A DNA stretch of 54,533 bases from Octopus bimaculoides (Eukaryota), in NCBI RefSeq assembly GCF_001194135.2, contig NC_068986.1:44918132-44972664 (forward strand), read 5' to 3'. Under the pieces are notes generated by a model. The model did not search any database and had not been told where the DNA came from. It saw only the letters and a program-made list of their open reading frames with translations. Each line of letters begins with the position of its first letter. The first letter of the stretch is position 1. The position numbers were made by a program, and so were the translations under genes. Shown one piece after another: positions 12,960-24,230 of this stretch.

Positions 12960-13365
12960 AAAATACTCAGTGGTAAATTTCTAGCTCCCTATGTTCTGAG
13001 ATCAGATATGACGGAGGTGGTTAATTTTGTCTTTTATCCTTGTTGGGGGCCAATAAAATAAAACACCAGGATTAATGTAATTGACTTAACCCTCCCCTAA
13101 CATTGGTAGCCTTATGTCAAAATTTGAAACAATTATTTCTAATGAATTAAAGGTGGCGAGTTGGCAGAATCATTAGTGTCGGTCAAAATACTTAGCAGCA
13201 TTTCTTCTAGCACTCTATGTTCCGAGTTCAGATATCTCCAAGGTTAACTTTGCTTTTCATTTATTCAGGTTAATAAAACAAAGCACCGATCAAGTACTGA
13301 GGTTGATATAATCGACTTGCTCCACCCACTAGAACAGCTGGCCTTGTGCTAAAATTTATAACAGT
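12960..13365 (+). mobile_element. Two tandem family A SINEs
   Basis: Tail ggccttgtg-c-aaaattt at ~13110 and ~13340; head ggtggcgagttggcagaatcattag at 13152. Confidence 0.75.
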
Positions 13366-15011
13366 TATTTCCGATGAATTAATTCTAAAAAGAAATGAAA
13401 ATTGACTTATCAGTTGTAAAAGTGTGTATGCATTTTGTGTGTGCGTGTGTACGTGTAACCAAGTGCACTTTTCATGGGTGAATGTAAATACTAACAGTTG
13501 TCAACTTTAAAGTATACTTTGAGTGTACGAAAAGCTTATAGTTGCAACACGACTGGTATATTTAAGTAGTGTCTTCGTCACCAAATGATTCCGTTGTCCA
13601 AGTGAAATAACAGTTGTCAACATAAGGCAAGTTCGAAGAACATGAAATCATAAAAATGTAAAAGACAACATCAATTTTTTCAGTTAAAAATCTCGCATTA
13701 TTACGTTTTAAGTTCAAATAACGCCGAGATCAACATTGACTTTTCACTTTGCTTTTCACAGTCTATATAATTAAGTAAAAGTCAAGTACTAGGTGCCAAT
13801 GTAATCGTCTAGCCACCTCACTGCAAAGTTACTTTCCTGGTACCCAAATCAGAAGTTATTTTTCTATCTAACCACTGAGAAGAGTCAATCGAAGGAACCT
13901 CGACGTCAGGTACGGGCAATCTTTTCTTCAAGATGCGGCAGCACTAGATATAATTTATCTTCAGGCGAGCCGCGCACAAAAATTTAAGGTAATTTTTAGT
14001 TAGGTGAACCACTCAGAAAGTCCCACGGACCGCACGTTGCCCACGACTATTCTACATGGTCACTCGATCTGTTAGAAATAGCAGCTAGATTCCGCATCAA
14101 CACCATGCCATCACATCCGACACTTAACGAGTGGTCACTGGTTAATAAACATTCTCAAAAAAAAAAAAAATGGTATATTTTACGGCAGGAGTAATGCCTT
14201 TTGTCACATGCCTACTTTGATCGAGCTTGCCTTAGGCTACAACTCCTCACTTTATATTTTAAAATTTATGTAGCTCAAGTAAAAAAAGAAAGAAGAAAAT
14301 AAACCTACATGGAAACAATCGTTATTAACAGTGCGGAGTTAATATTGTGAGTGAAAAATTTACCAGTAATAGGGATAAAGTTGTTCGTTGTCGCGAACTT
14401 GTTCTGCAGTTCAGTAGTTGTTTAGTGTGATGGAAGGCGGCAAGCAGGCAACAAGATATACAAGGTGAGAGAGTAGAAGAAGCACTGTCATGTCGACTCA
14501 TATTAGGTAGGAAAGAGATGGAAGATACATAAGGAGAAAGCGAGGGGAGCAGTAAAGTGGGAAGAAAGTCTTTCATCTATGAAATGGTTTGTAAAATACT
14601 AAAAGAAGTGCGAAATGAAATAATGCGATGTTTACATACATGCATACACGTACGTACGTATGTACGCATATATGTGCGTGCGTGCGTAATTATATATATA
14701 TATATAGTGAAAATTTACAAAAAAAAAAGACGAAGACGGGTGTGTACACAACAAACAGATGTATTAGTTTAACGCTAGGGAAGTGAGAGAGTCTTTTACG
14801 TTTCGAGTCTACGCTCTTCGACAGAAAGGAACACAGAAATAAACAGGGAGAGAAAATTAAAAAAAGGTTTAGTGGTTAGCGATATATATATATACACACA
14901 CACAAATATATATATGTATATATATATATACATATACATACATATATAATTGTATATGTAATATACGTACACATGCACAAGTTTATGTACATAATATAAT
15001 AATGTAAATAT

Positions 15012-15420
15012 ATCTTATCTTTTACATGTTTCGGTTATCGGACAGCAGCGACGTTGGGGCACCGCCTTGAATGGTTCAGTCGCTTAAATCGACTCCATTC
15101 TATAGTTTTAAGCTTAGTACTTATTCCACCAGACTCTTTTGACGAGCCGCTAAGTTACGGGGATATAAACAAACCAACTCAGGTTGTCAAGGGGTGGTGG
15201 AGCATAAACACAAACGCAAAGATAAACATACACATAAATAAATACATATAGATATACATACGACGAGTTTTTTTTTTTTTTCAGTTTCCGCCATTAAATC
15301 CATTTACAAAGCTGTGGTCAGCCCAGGGCTATAGTAGAAGACACTTGCCAAAGGTGTCATGCAGTGGGACTGAACTCAGAACAGTGCGATTGGAAAACAA
15401 ATGTACTACCACGCAGCCAC
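15012..15420 (-). mobile_element. Composite SINE family B/C, CpG-retaining copy
   Basis: Contains gccgctaagttacgggga (15146-15163) and ggctatagtagaagacacttgcc. Confidence 0.75.
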
Positions 15421-16485
15421 ACCAGCGCGTAGCACACGTCTTACCACACGGCCAAATCTAATACTACACATACACACACACATACATACACATCCTTTTA
15501 TCTTTCTACTTGTTTCAGTCATTAGACTGCGGCCATGTTGGGGCACTGACTTGAAGAATCCAAAGCTGGGTGAGAAGAAAGCAGAAGGTGCACAGGTAGT
15601 GTCTCTTACAGCTGTTTCAAGAATAGAAGCGCAGATGGTGCATTTCCCTGCAAGCAGTTGGCAGCCAAAATTATGCAATCTATTCTATCGTCGGAGTAGA
15701 TTGCCACAATGACATACCGAGACACTTATGCCGTAAGTGTCTAGAGAAGCTTTTATCGTTAGAGATATGACTGCATGCTAGCCAGATAACTATTTCTTCG
15801 TGTTGTAAGAGGTGGGAAAACTCATTATTTATTGTAGACAAATGATTTCTATTAACCCAGCGTCGTGCAACGACCAAGAAACCTGTCTTCTGAAAGACTT
15901 CTGTTGTCCCTGACTCTGTCTCTCTAGCGCGCATCTCAATTTATAGCCATGTTTTGGCAGGAAATTCATGGAAAATTCCATCGATTGTATGATAACCGCT
16001 GAAATACTATTTGGTCAGAATTCGGGGCAAATCACCTGATAGTGGCCTATTTCTCGTTATTGTACTAATGCAATTTCAAATCGAAGTCCTGCTACAACAT
16101 AAAACCAGTAATGTGGACCTACAGCATAACTGCTCTGGGAGAATAGTGACATATACCATAACCATTATGAATATTCCTCAACTAATTTTTTATCAACCTC
16201 TTGTGATCTAAACTCCTGTATTATTTAATTCCACCGTCATGTTTAAATATGTCATAATTTAACTTACTACCGGTTGTTTGCTTGTTGATACCTTTATTCT
16301 ATCGCACATACACACACATACATAACAGAAAAAGAGACGACACTGGAAAAAACAAAGGTTATGTATTGTTTTTTTCCGGTATCATCTCTTTGTTTTTATT
16401 ACCTCTTTATACTCCTCTAACATTGAGTTCTGAAACATGCGTATATTGAGTTTTACACCAGGTTATTAGTCTTGCTATGCCTAAA

Positions 16486-16525
<40 letters not shown>

Positions 16526-16533
<8 letters not shown>

Positions 16534-16855
16534 GAAGAAAAGAAAATAGAGATAAGGAAGTTAGTTATTTAATATTAACAAATTGGTCATCTTCGCATCT
16601 TACAGCCGTTTTAATTAATACTCAATAATTTAATTTCTATTGAAATGAATTGATAGGTCCACAAATAACACCCCAAGGTACATCTTTTTTTCTCTGATGA
16701 AATTATGCTCATGTCACATAAATGCAAATTTGATATACAAATTTGTAATTAAATTATTGAGTATTAATTAAACGGCTGTAAGAAGCGAAGATGATCAATT
16801 TGTTAATAATAAATAATTAACTTCCTTATCTCCATTTTCTTTTCTTCGTTTAACT
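16526..16855. mobile_element. MITE/foldback element with ~110-bp inverted arms
   Basis: 16526-16635 is the near reverse complement of 16746-16853 (e.g. catcttcgcatcttacagccgttttaattaatactcaataatttaatt); abuts a (TA)n tract. Confidence 0.8.
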
Positions 16856-17129
16856 GGTATAAACTATATGCTTAATATATCTCTATTGTTTTAAGGGAAT
16901 TTCATTTTCCAACAATACTAGGTATTGAACCAGTATTTCCTTGGATGCAACCATCCCTTCACGAAGATAACATATCGTCTAATTAAATTTTATAAACATA
17001 TATACACATACATACTTGTTCATACGCACACACATCACATATATATATTATGGAGTGAGAGAGAGAGAGAATCAGAAGTAGTCGAGGTATAACTGGAAGC
17101 TTTTCAGCAAGTGCCTAATTCATATTAAG

Positions 17130-17340
17130 TTGCTAGTCAGCCCTGATCAAATAGACCTGTGATCGAAAGTGTTTCAGCTATGACCATCCTGTCTTATTGT
17201 TTATTCTGAACTTCATTGCCTACAATGTATCTTTCACTTATTTTTTAAAAAGAAATTAGGTTGTAATTTGAGGAAGGTTGGGGTACTATTTCTAGTAAAT
17301 CAAATGACCGTGTGCAGGCTTTCTCGTTGACTCGTACGAG
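17130..17340 (+). repeat. Dispersed repeat, family D (gctatttctagcaggtcgagcgac-type)
   Basis: Related copies at ~14030-14260, 18880-19040, 22010-22190, 25680-25880, 36000-36160 and 48800-48960. Confidence 0.6.
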
Positions 17341-17437
17341 ACGAGTGGTGGAAAAACAATTTTTGCTGCTCTCTCCAAAAATTGAAACTTATTGGTGTGT
17401 AATCGACTATTTTAGTTGACAACAAAATGGACTTATA

Positions 17438-17589
17438 CATTATTTTACATTTGACGGATATTTGTCCTCATCTTGTTTGTTGTTAATACAACGTTTCGGC
17501 TGATATACCCTCCAGCTTTCAGATGAGGACAAATATCCGTCAAATGTAAATAATGTACATAATTCCTCATCTCTTAAATGTAGAACCGT
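17438..17589. mobile_element. Short retro-type insertion with a 14-bp TSD and an internal 37-bp inverted repeat, possibly Penelope-like
   Basis: TSD aaaatggacttata at 17424-17437 and 17590-17603; inverted arms at 17436-17473 and 17521-17557. Confidence 0.75.
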
Positions 17590-17786
17590 AAAATGGACTT
17601 ATAATATAGAATATAACAGGAAAATTTGGACTGTAACATCAGAGAAATCATTAACAAAGTATACGTGAACGTTTTCACCAAACCGTCTTCTCGAGTGTTG
17701 CATGTTAACGTAACTTAACATGCTTTAAAATTTCCCTTTAGGTTTCCACAGTTACAATTTTGTCGACTATCATACTTTAGGTTCAG

Positions 17787-18165
17787 TCATGGCTGTGTAG
17801 TGAGAACTTTGCTTCTCAACCACATAGTTTTGGGTTCTATCTATCTATCTATCTAGAGACAGACAGACAGAGACAGAGAGAGCGGTATTAATTAACCTAG
17901 CTGTTACTTAATATCCGGTTTTAATACCTCGTGCAAAACTGATTGCTAAGATCGATTAATATGATTAGTTTGTGTGTGCGTATGTTTATGTCCTTATCCC
18001 CAATCCTAGACAACCGGTGTTGGTTTGTTTATGTCCTCGTAAACTAGCGGTTCGGTAACAGACACCGATAAAATAAGTACCAGGGACGATTTTTTTTCAA
18101 TTAAACCCTTCAAAGTGGTGCACCAGAATGGTCGCAGGCCAATGACTGAAACAAGTAAAAGATAA
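17787..18165 (+). mobile_element. Composite SINE family B/C (partial head and tail)
   Basis: Head tggctgtgtagtgagaactttgcttctcaaccacat; tail aatgactgaaacaagtaaaaga. Confidence 0.65.
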
Positions 18166-18221
18166 ATGATTGCAATGTATACACTACTTTTTATAAAATA
18201 CACACAACTCTAGCATACGGG

Positions 18222-18500
18222 GGTACTACTAAAGCAGTGCGGACCCGAACGCGCAGTCGCGCGTCCGCGCTAGCTAGTCGTGAGTGGTCTATCCTAACCC
18301 TAAACACGTATTCATTTGCACACGCGGGTTAGGGATAGGGTTAGGGTTAGCGATAGGGTTAGGGTTAGGGACAGGGTTAGGGCTAGGGTTAGGGTTAGCG
18401 ATAGGGTTAGGGTTAGGGTTAGGGTTAGGATCGACCACTCAAGACTAGCTAGCGCGGACGCGCGACTGCGCGTTCGGGTCCGCGCTGCTTTAGTAGTACC
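18222..18500. mobile_element. 279-bp MITE with 82-bp TIRs, a 9-bp TSD and an internal telomeric-type array (Mutator-like by TSD length)
   Basis: TSD gcatacggg at 18213-18221 and 18501-18509; TIRs 18222-18303 and 18419-18500 differ at 3 of 82 positions; termini GG..CC. Confidence 0.9.
18329..18430 (+). repeat. Interstitial telomere-like array of 17 hexamers (9 perfect TTAGGG)
   Basis: Variants ATAGGG, TTAGCG, ACAGGG, CTAGGG and TTAGGA, read directly. Confidence 0.95.
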
Positions 18501-19644
18501 GCATACGGGATCGAAAGAAATTAACTGTAGTTTTATATGGACTCTCAACCACTCTACAACTGCTAGAAGTCAGATTTTCAGTAACCATTCTAGGAAGCCA
18601 CATAAAACACCTTTAGATAGACTGGGTATCTAGTTACCTATTGTTTTTACATTGCGCGCGCGAGTATGTATGTCATTATTCAGTTTATTTCAAGATTTCT
18701 TGCCAATAAAAAACCGGTTTCTAACCTAGATCCAAAGTTCCTTCATGTATGTATGCATGTAATATATACCCCTCATAACAGTCATGTTCTTGTATCAGGA
18801 CCGACTCACTCTCTTTATTCCTAGAAAATATTCTGAGGAAAGCAATTTGCAGGATCGATAATTCCGTACTCACTGACAACTTTCTGATTTTAGTCACCAC
18901 CTTCTGTCTTCCGGAGCCTCTCTGTGGCCGCACGGCCTGCTAGAAATAGCAACCAAATCTCCCTAAAGCAACTCCCTACCGTCTTAAAAAATAGACATAG
19001 GATAGTCTGAATAGAAACACGTAATGATCACTTTTAGAATGTCTTTCATCGTAAGTTTTCTTCACCAAAGCTGACTTACGATTAAACAACTGCCAAAACT
19101 CTTCCGAATCTGCAGGTTATCCGCATTCCTCAAATGTAGTTTGTACAAACCGTCCACTTTTCGTTGCGCACATTGTGTCTGTTTCTAATTTCCGCAACAA
19201 ATATATCGCACAATCCTTCAGTCCGAAGTCCAACTTCTATCCTGTTCGAATATATCCTCGCCAAACAGCAATCTCTCCTCTCTTTGTAAAGTACAAACGT
19301 ATTAACGACAATGCAAATGTCATTTTAATACTGAGAAGCATCAGCAAGACTATGAATCATTACTTCTCTCGTTCGACTTGCGGTTGAGAAACACTAAAAA
19401 GTTACACGGGATTTCAACAACAAAATTACATACTATGAAGCAGTTATTATTTTCCCAAGGATAGTTAGTTATTGTTGTTGCAGTCGTTTACCTACGGGTC
19501 AGCTCTAGTCGAGGAGAACTCTGATCAAAGTCTTTCCAGCCACGACCATTCGTCTTTTTTCCTAAATGCAGGGAACGCAGTACCACGTCATACAATGTTT
19601 ATCGTTCTAAGATGTTCAGATGTAAGTTGGTGCAAGTTTAGTTA

Positions 19645-19680
19645 TTGTTTCTAGTAAGTCGAGCGACTTACTAGAAACAA
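19645..19680. repeat. Perfect palindrome, 17-bp arms and 2-nt loop
   Basis: ttgtttctagtaagtcg-ag-cgacttactagaaacaa. Confidence 0.95.
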
Positions 19681-20660
19681 GTCAGTTCTAGTGAGCACTG
19701 TAGAGGTGGGTGAATATTTGAGTCTAACTATTTAGTACCTTTTCTACGTAAAGCTATGTTACTTTACCCAACCATGAACATCCTACTTATTTCTACGTAG
19801 CTATTCGAACACCGTGTGGCGAAGTGTTGAAGTCGGCAAGCTTTATTTGCTCTGGTTATGTATAGGTTGTATGGGGTTGTGGAGTAATTTATTGATGAAG
19901 GCATAACAAAACATCAGTGAAGCGATTTAACTTACGGGGATAGGGAACAAAGAGTGCCACATCTAAGAGAAGTTGGATTGTTGTCATCCACTGTCTTCAA
20001 ACTAAACGATCTGTATTTCCTCTGCATACGTTGGATAGAATTTTCGTGTTCGGTGAAAGGTACATATAGCTTTGGAGTGTTTCGAAGTATTTGATGTAGA
20101 CCATCTCGAAGGTACATTATCTTCGTTGACAAAAGTGAAAGTGATGTGCTAAACTCTAAGAAGCCCCCCACCCCATGTGACGCTTAGATCTATTGGAAAA
20201 CGTTTTGGTGGCGAATTCACTAATCCTCCTCATCATTTTAGGGTCTGGTTGACTCAGAATTAAGTTAAGAGTTGAGAGTATTGGTATTAAACATCAGTTT
20301 CCTGCCTGTCGTCGTCATAGCCGAAAGTATAAACAATATTTATACTAATGTTGACAAACGCATTTGGAGGATTCAGGAAGCTGAATCCGAGTTCGCCGCC
20401 AAGAGAGTGGCGTGACGAATTTCACAGAAATATATAGTAGTATTTTTAAAATTTATTGTTGTAATTTCACTAAGAAATAAATATCAATATTTCATTTTAT
20501 CCTGTAATTTAGCAAAAATTGCGCGACGCTTATCGGAAATTTTCAGTTTTCCAAAAACCTAACGGGGTGAATCAGGATTGTTAGGCAGGCTTCTTCTTTT
20601 TTTCACTTGTATGGCTTTATATTATGGTTTGTATCGTTTATTTAGAAGAGACAATACACA

Positions 20661-20775
20661 CACTAGCGTAACTTGGGAGTGAGGCGGATGGTCCCGGATG
20701 GCACTTTTGGGTCTGCTGTGGGCAATATGTTTTTTGTGGGGTCCGGAAGCGGCACACACTCTAGCTACGCTAGTG
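20661..20775. mobile_element. 115-bp MITE with an 8-bp TSD (hAT-like)
   Basis: TSD aatacaca at 20653-20660 and 20776-20783; TIRs cactagcgta(a/g)ct match 12/13. Confidence 0.75.
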
Positions 20776-21519
20776 AATACACATGACTCTGTACAGAACT
20801 TCCGAGACTGATGGGGTGAGGGGAAAGTTTTCCTCAAACAGTAGACCTATTTCGAATTTGCAACAGAGTCGACTCCGCTAAGGGCTCCGAAAGATCAGGT
20901 GATGGTGTAACAGATTAAGTCCTTCTTTCAAGTAGATCACGGCCAGATTTTTAACGCAAAGAGCCGGAACAAATTCTGAAATGACAATCGTTCTACGCTT
21001 TAAGCGCCAAATACCGTCCAATACTGGTACTTTATTTATCGACCCTGGACGCTGTTGTGAGAAACAGAGATGAACTATTGCGCACAAATTTTATAAGGAC
21101 TTCATATCTCCAAAACTGTTAGAAATCTATACAGTCTATACCGTAAATTCTACTTGTTCTAATGTAAATGACACTGCTGAAGAGAAGCTGCAGCTTTTCA
21201 TATGATGTTAAGTATTAAAACCATACTTAAATATGCTTGGTTTTATCATCATTACTTGTTTATTTTGGTGGGGATTCGTGTTTAATTTTCATCTGGGAAG
21301 TTTAGTTTACTTTTCCCCATGTCCGCCAATAGCTGTTTTACATTGTCTGCCCAATTCGTAATTCGTGCTTCCCAATTCGTAATTTAAATGTCGGGTATCA
21401 AAATGTCTCAACTATATTTCGTAACGATGATGGTAGTCTCTCGTAGTCCGAGAAAGACGGCTCTGCGATTTCTTGCGGAACAAGCTGCACAAATAATTAA
21501 CCTTCATCAAATCAATATT

Positions 21520-21685
21520 GCCTGCACAAGTGTACGGTGTACATGTCAGCTATCGAAGTGATCGCAGAATAACGTGAGATAAGTGTCTTGCTCAAGAACA
21601 CAACGTACCACCTGGCCCAGAAAATGAAACCATGATCTCGCGATCGTGAGTGTAACACTAACCACAAGGTTATGTGCCTTCACGA
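21520..21685 (-). mobile_element. tRNA-derived SINE (head shared with the 49487-49775 element)
   Basis: aagtgtcttgctcaagaacacaac is shared with ~49682; tRNA-like head ends ..ctaaccac..gtgccttcac. Confidence 0.6.
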
Positions 21686-23619
21686 TAATAACAAAATAGC
21701 TTAGAAACAACACTTTCCGCCGAAGTTATTTCATATCACAGAAATTACCAATTCTTTTGAGTTATATTTTATCCTATATTATTTCAAGTATTCTATCATA
21801 AAACATCGAATAGAAATTAAAATTAAAGTGTAAAATATTTAAAACTTAAAACGTGTTGTTTTTTTTTTACTACAGCAAAAGAATTCCCGTAATATGTGAA
21901 AGTTCGAAAAATCATAGTAAAAACTTCGGTTAGCTCAGATAATAGGAAAGTATCATGTAGATGAATGCATAAACGACAAGAATAAACTTGCTCTTAATTG
22001 AGGGAGCCGCTACCCGGTCAATCTATCTGCAAAAAATAGCAGCTAAATTTCCCTCACACCACAGCTTACTTAAAAAAAAGCAAAGTAAGATTAGATAATG
22101 TAGTCCAAGATATACATAAAACAGAATGGTTACAACTGGAACGCCTTTGATCCTAGATTTGCTCGATGAAGGATGACTCAGGGCTAAACAACAATAACAG
22201 TCATCACCACAACCAGAAATTATCTGAGATTAGGCTGGATGCAGCAATGCACATCTGACAGTCAAATTTGTCTGGCGATAAGAGAAAGGTAGTCCCATTC
22301 TGGATTGGGCTCAGATTACTATTTTAACATTCCTTTAGTTGTCATAATCCTGATTGGGGTTATTCAGACTGAGGGTATTCCCTATATAAACTTTTCCTTG
22401 CGTCAACGGTATGATCGTTCGAAAAAGGACAAATTTTTCACTGTTCTGTTTGGGGTAACAAGCGCCAAATGAAATTCCCTCTATTATTTGAAGGTCAGTA
22501 TAATTTGTCCATTTTCCCACCTTCGGACGTACTAAGTTCTGTAAGCCAGATCTGCATGACATATTTGATTGTATTTAGTCTATTTCCCTCCACATATCTG
22601 TTTTATTTACAAGTATGCAAGAGAAAGTGGGACATCAATAGTCCAATAGCTCACTAAAACGCAAAACATTTGCAGACTAATTCGTTGACACAACCAAGAA
22701 GTAGAGACCGATTCATCTGTCGTTTCAACTATCTTTGTCTCGATGGTGTTAACGAAGGCTTTTGTCATTTAATCGGCGATACTAGTCTGTCTGTTGCTGT
22801 CGGTTCATAGTGACTCGTAATTGTGCCGACTGCCATTCTTGGCCATCGTCACAGCGCATGATGAGCGGATCACAACTTCCGAAATGTTTCAGAACCATTA
22901 TTTAAAAAGAAGCTGAGGCAAAAAACAACAAAAAATATTCTTCAAGGTAAAAGGAAACGGCCAAAGGGAAAATATTAACGACTGGAAAAACAGAATAAAC
23001 GGAATGTCAATACGCATTTTAAAATAATAGTTTTTCAGACATTTAAAACAAACAAGCTCATATTTTGATGATGTCATTCGTTCATGAGTAGTACTCCGAT
23101 ATCAGCCGTTTTTAATGATAGTAAGAAGGAAATAATGGAAAATACACTCTACGAATTTCAACTGATGATCAATTCAATAAAGACGCACACACAGACTTAC
23201 AATAACACTTACTGAAACAGGAAACTAATTTATTGATGTATATTTGTGTTTTGAAATTGAGAAGTGTGAAATAAGTTTCTCTGTAAGCTTTATGATCCTT
23301 AAATTATTCAGTCAGACTAATTTTTCTATATCGTCACAGATTTGCTTATTTCTTTTCTATATACGTACATTGAAAGCATTTTTTTCTCCTCTTACTCTCT
23401 GAAAAACCTCATACAATGTTTGTCGCATGAAGCACACACAACCCACGCAGCTTCTATATTCATTTTATTACTCCCACTACTACGACAATACACGCTATGG
23501 GAAGGGGGAAAAAAAAGCATCATTTTTTTTTCTTACTACTACCATTCACCACATTTCTGTTCGTCTATCTCTTACTGCTATTCCTTTACTCATCAAGTCA
23601 ACCATAGTTTAAGATAACG

Positions 23620-24230
23620 CTCGAAATATGCTTTCTGACCGCTCCGCTTCCCTTTTCCAAATCACCAATAGCAACAACTTTCCACCTTCCTCTCTCTGTT
23701 GGCCTTATGACATCATTATATGGGCGTTAACGTATGACGTAGTACACATTGCCAGCTATCAGACCAAGGTGCGCTTACGAGCCTGTTTTGAACAATCTCT
23801 TTCTCCTTCTCCTCTTAATTTCCCCTTCGTTTTCTTCAAACTTTTACTCGTTTTTGCCTTCAATATTTTCTTTATTTAGTCATTTTCATTATCATCTATA
23901 CATACATACATTTATATATATATATATATATATAAACATATGCATGTAGCCAAGTTTCTGTATGTTGCTTTGATATATATGTTTTTGTCTCTTCTACTTC
24001 AACTTTTTAGTTACCTATGTCTATTTCTGCTATATTCGCCTTATCCTCTGAAAAGATGTGTGTATATAGATAAATCAATATGTACATAGAAACAATTATA
24101 TAGTATATATATATATATGCATACCGATGGTGGAAAGGGAGAGAAAAATGGCGGACATTCACACAAATGTATGGAGGAGGGAGTCTATGAAGGCTGTGCA
24201 CGTCTACACTCCGTGTGGGTGTGCCAAAGT
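23620..24230. promoter_or_regulatory. Candidate promoter/enhancer region
   Basis: CCAAT at ~23665, TGACATCA at ~23708, TGACGTA at ~23735 and a YY1-like AAAATGGCGG at ~24146, in non-repetitive CpG-containing sequence; motif-only evidence. Confidence 0.3.

Noticed and set aside
18329-18430. True chromosome end or telomere fusion site
   Set aside because: The array is short, degenerate and enclosed by TIRs and a TSD, with ordinary sequence on both sides
18312-18633. ORFs rich in RVRVRV / LTLTLT
   Set aside because: Translations of the hexamer repeat and TIRs
20661-20775. Structured ncRNA (Y/vault-like terminal stem) or CACTA element
   Set aside because: The 8-bp flanking duplication fits a hAT-type MITE better; there is an internal T6 run and no recognisable ncRNA motif
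22335-22562. 75-aa minus ORF as a host gene exon
   Set aside because: No recognisable domain or splice support
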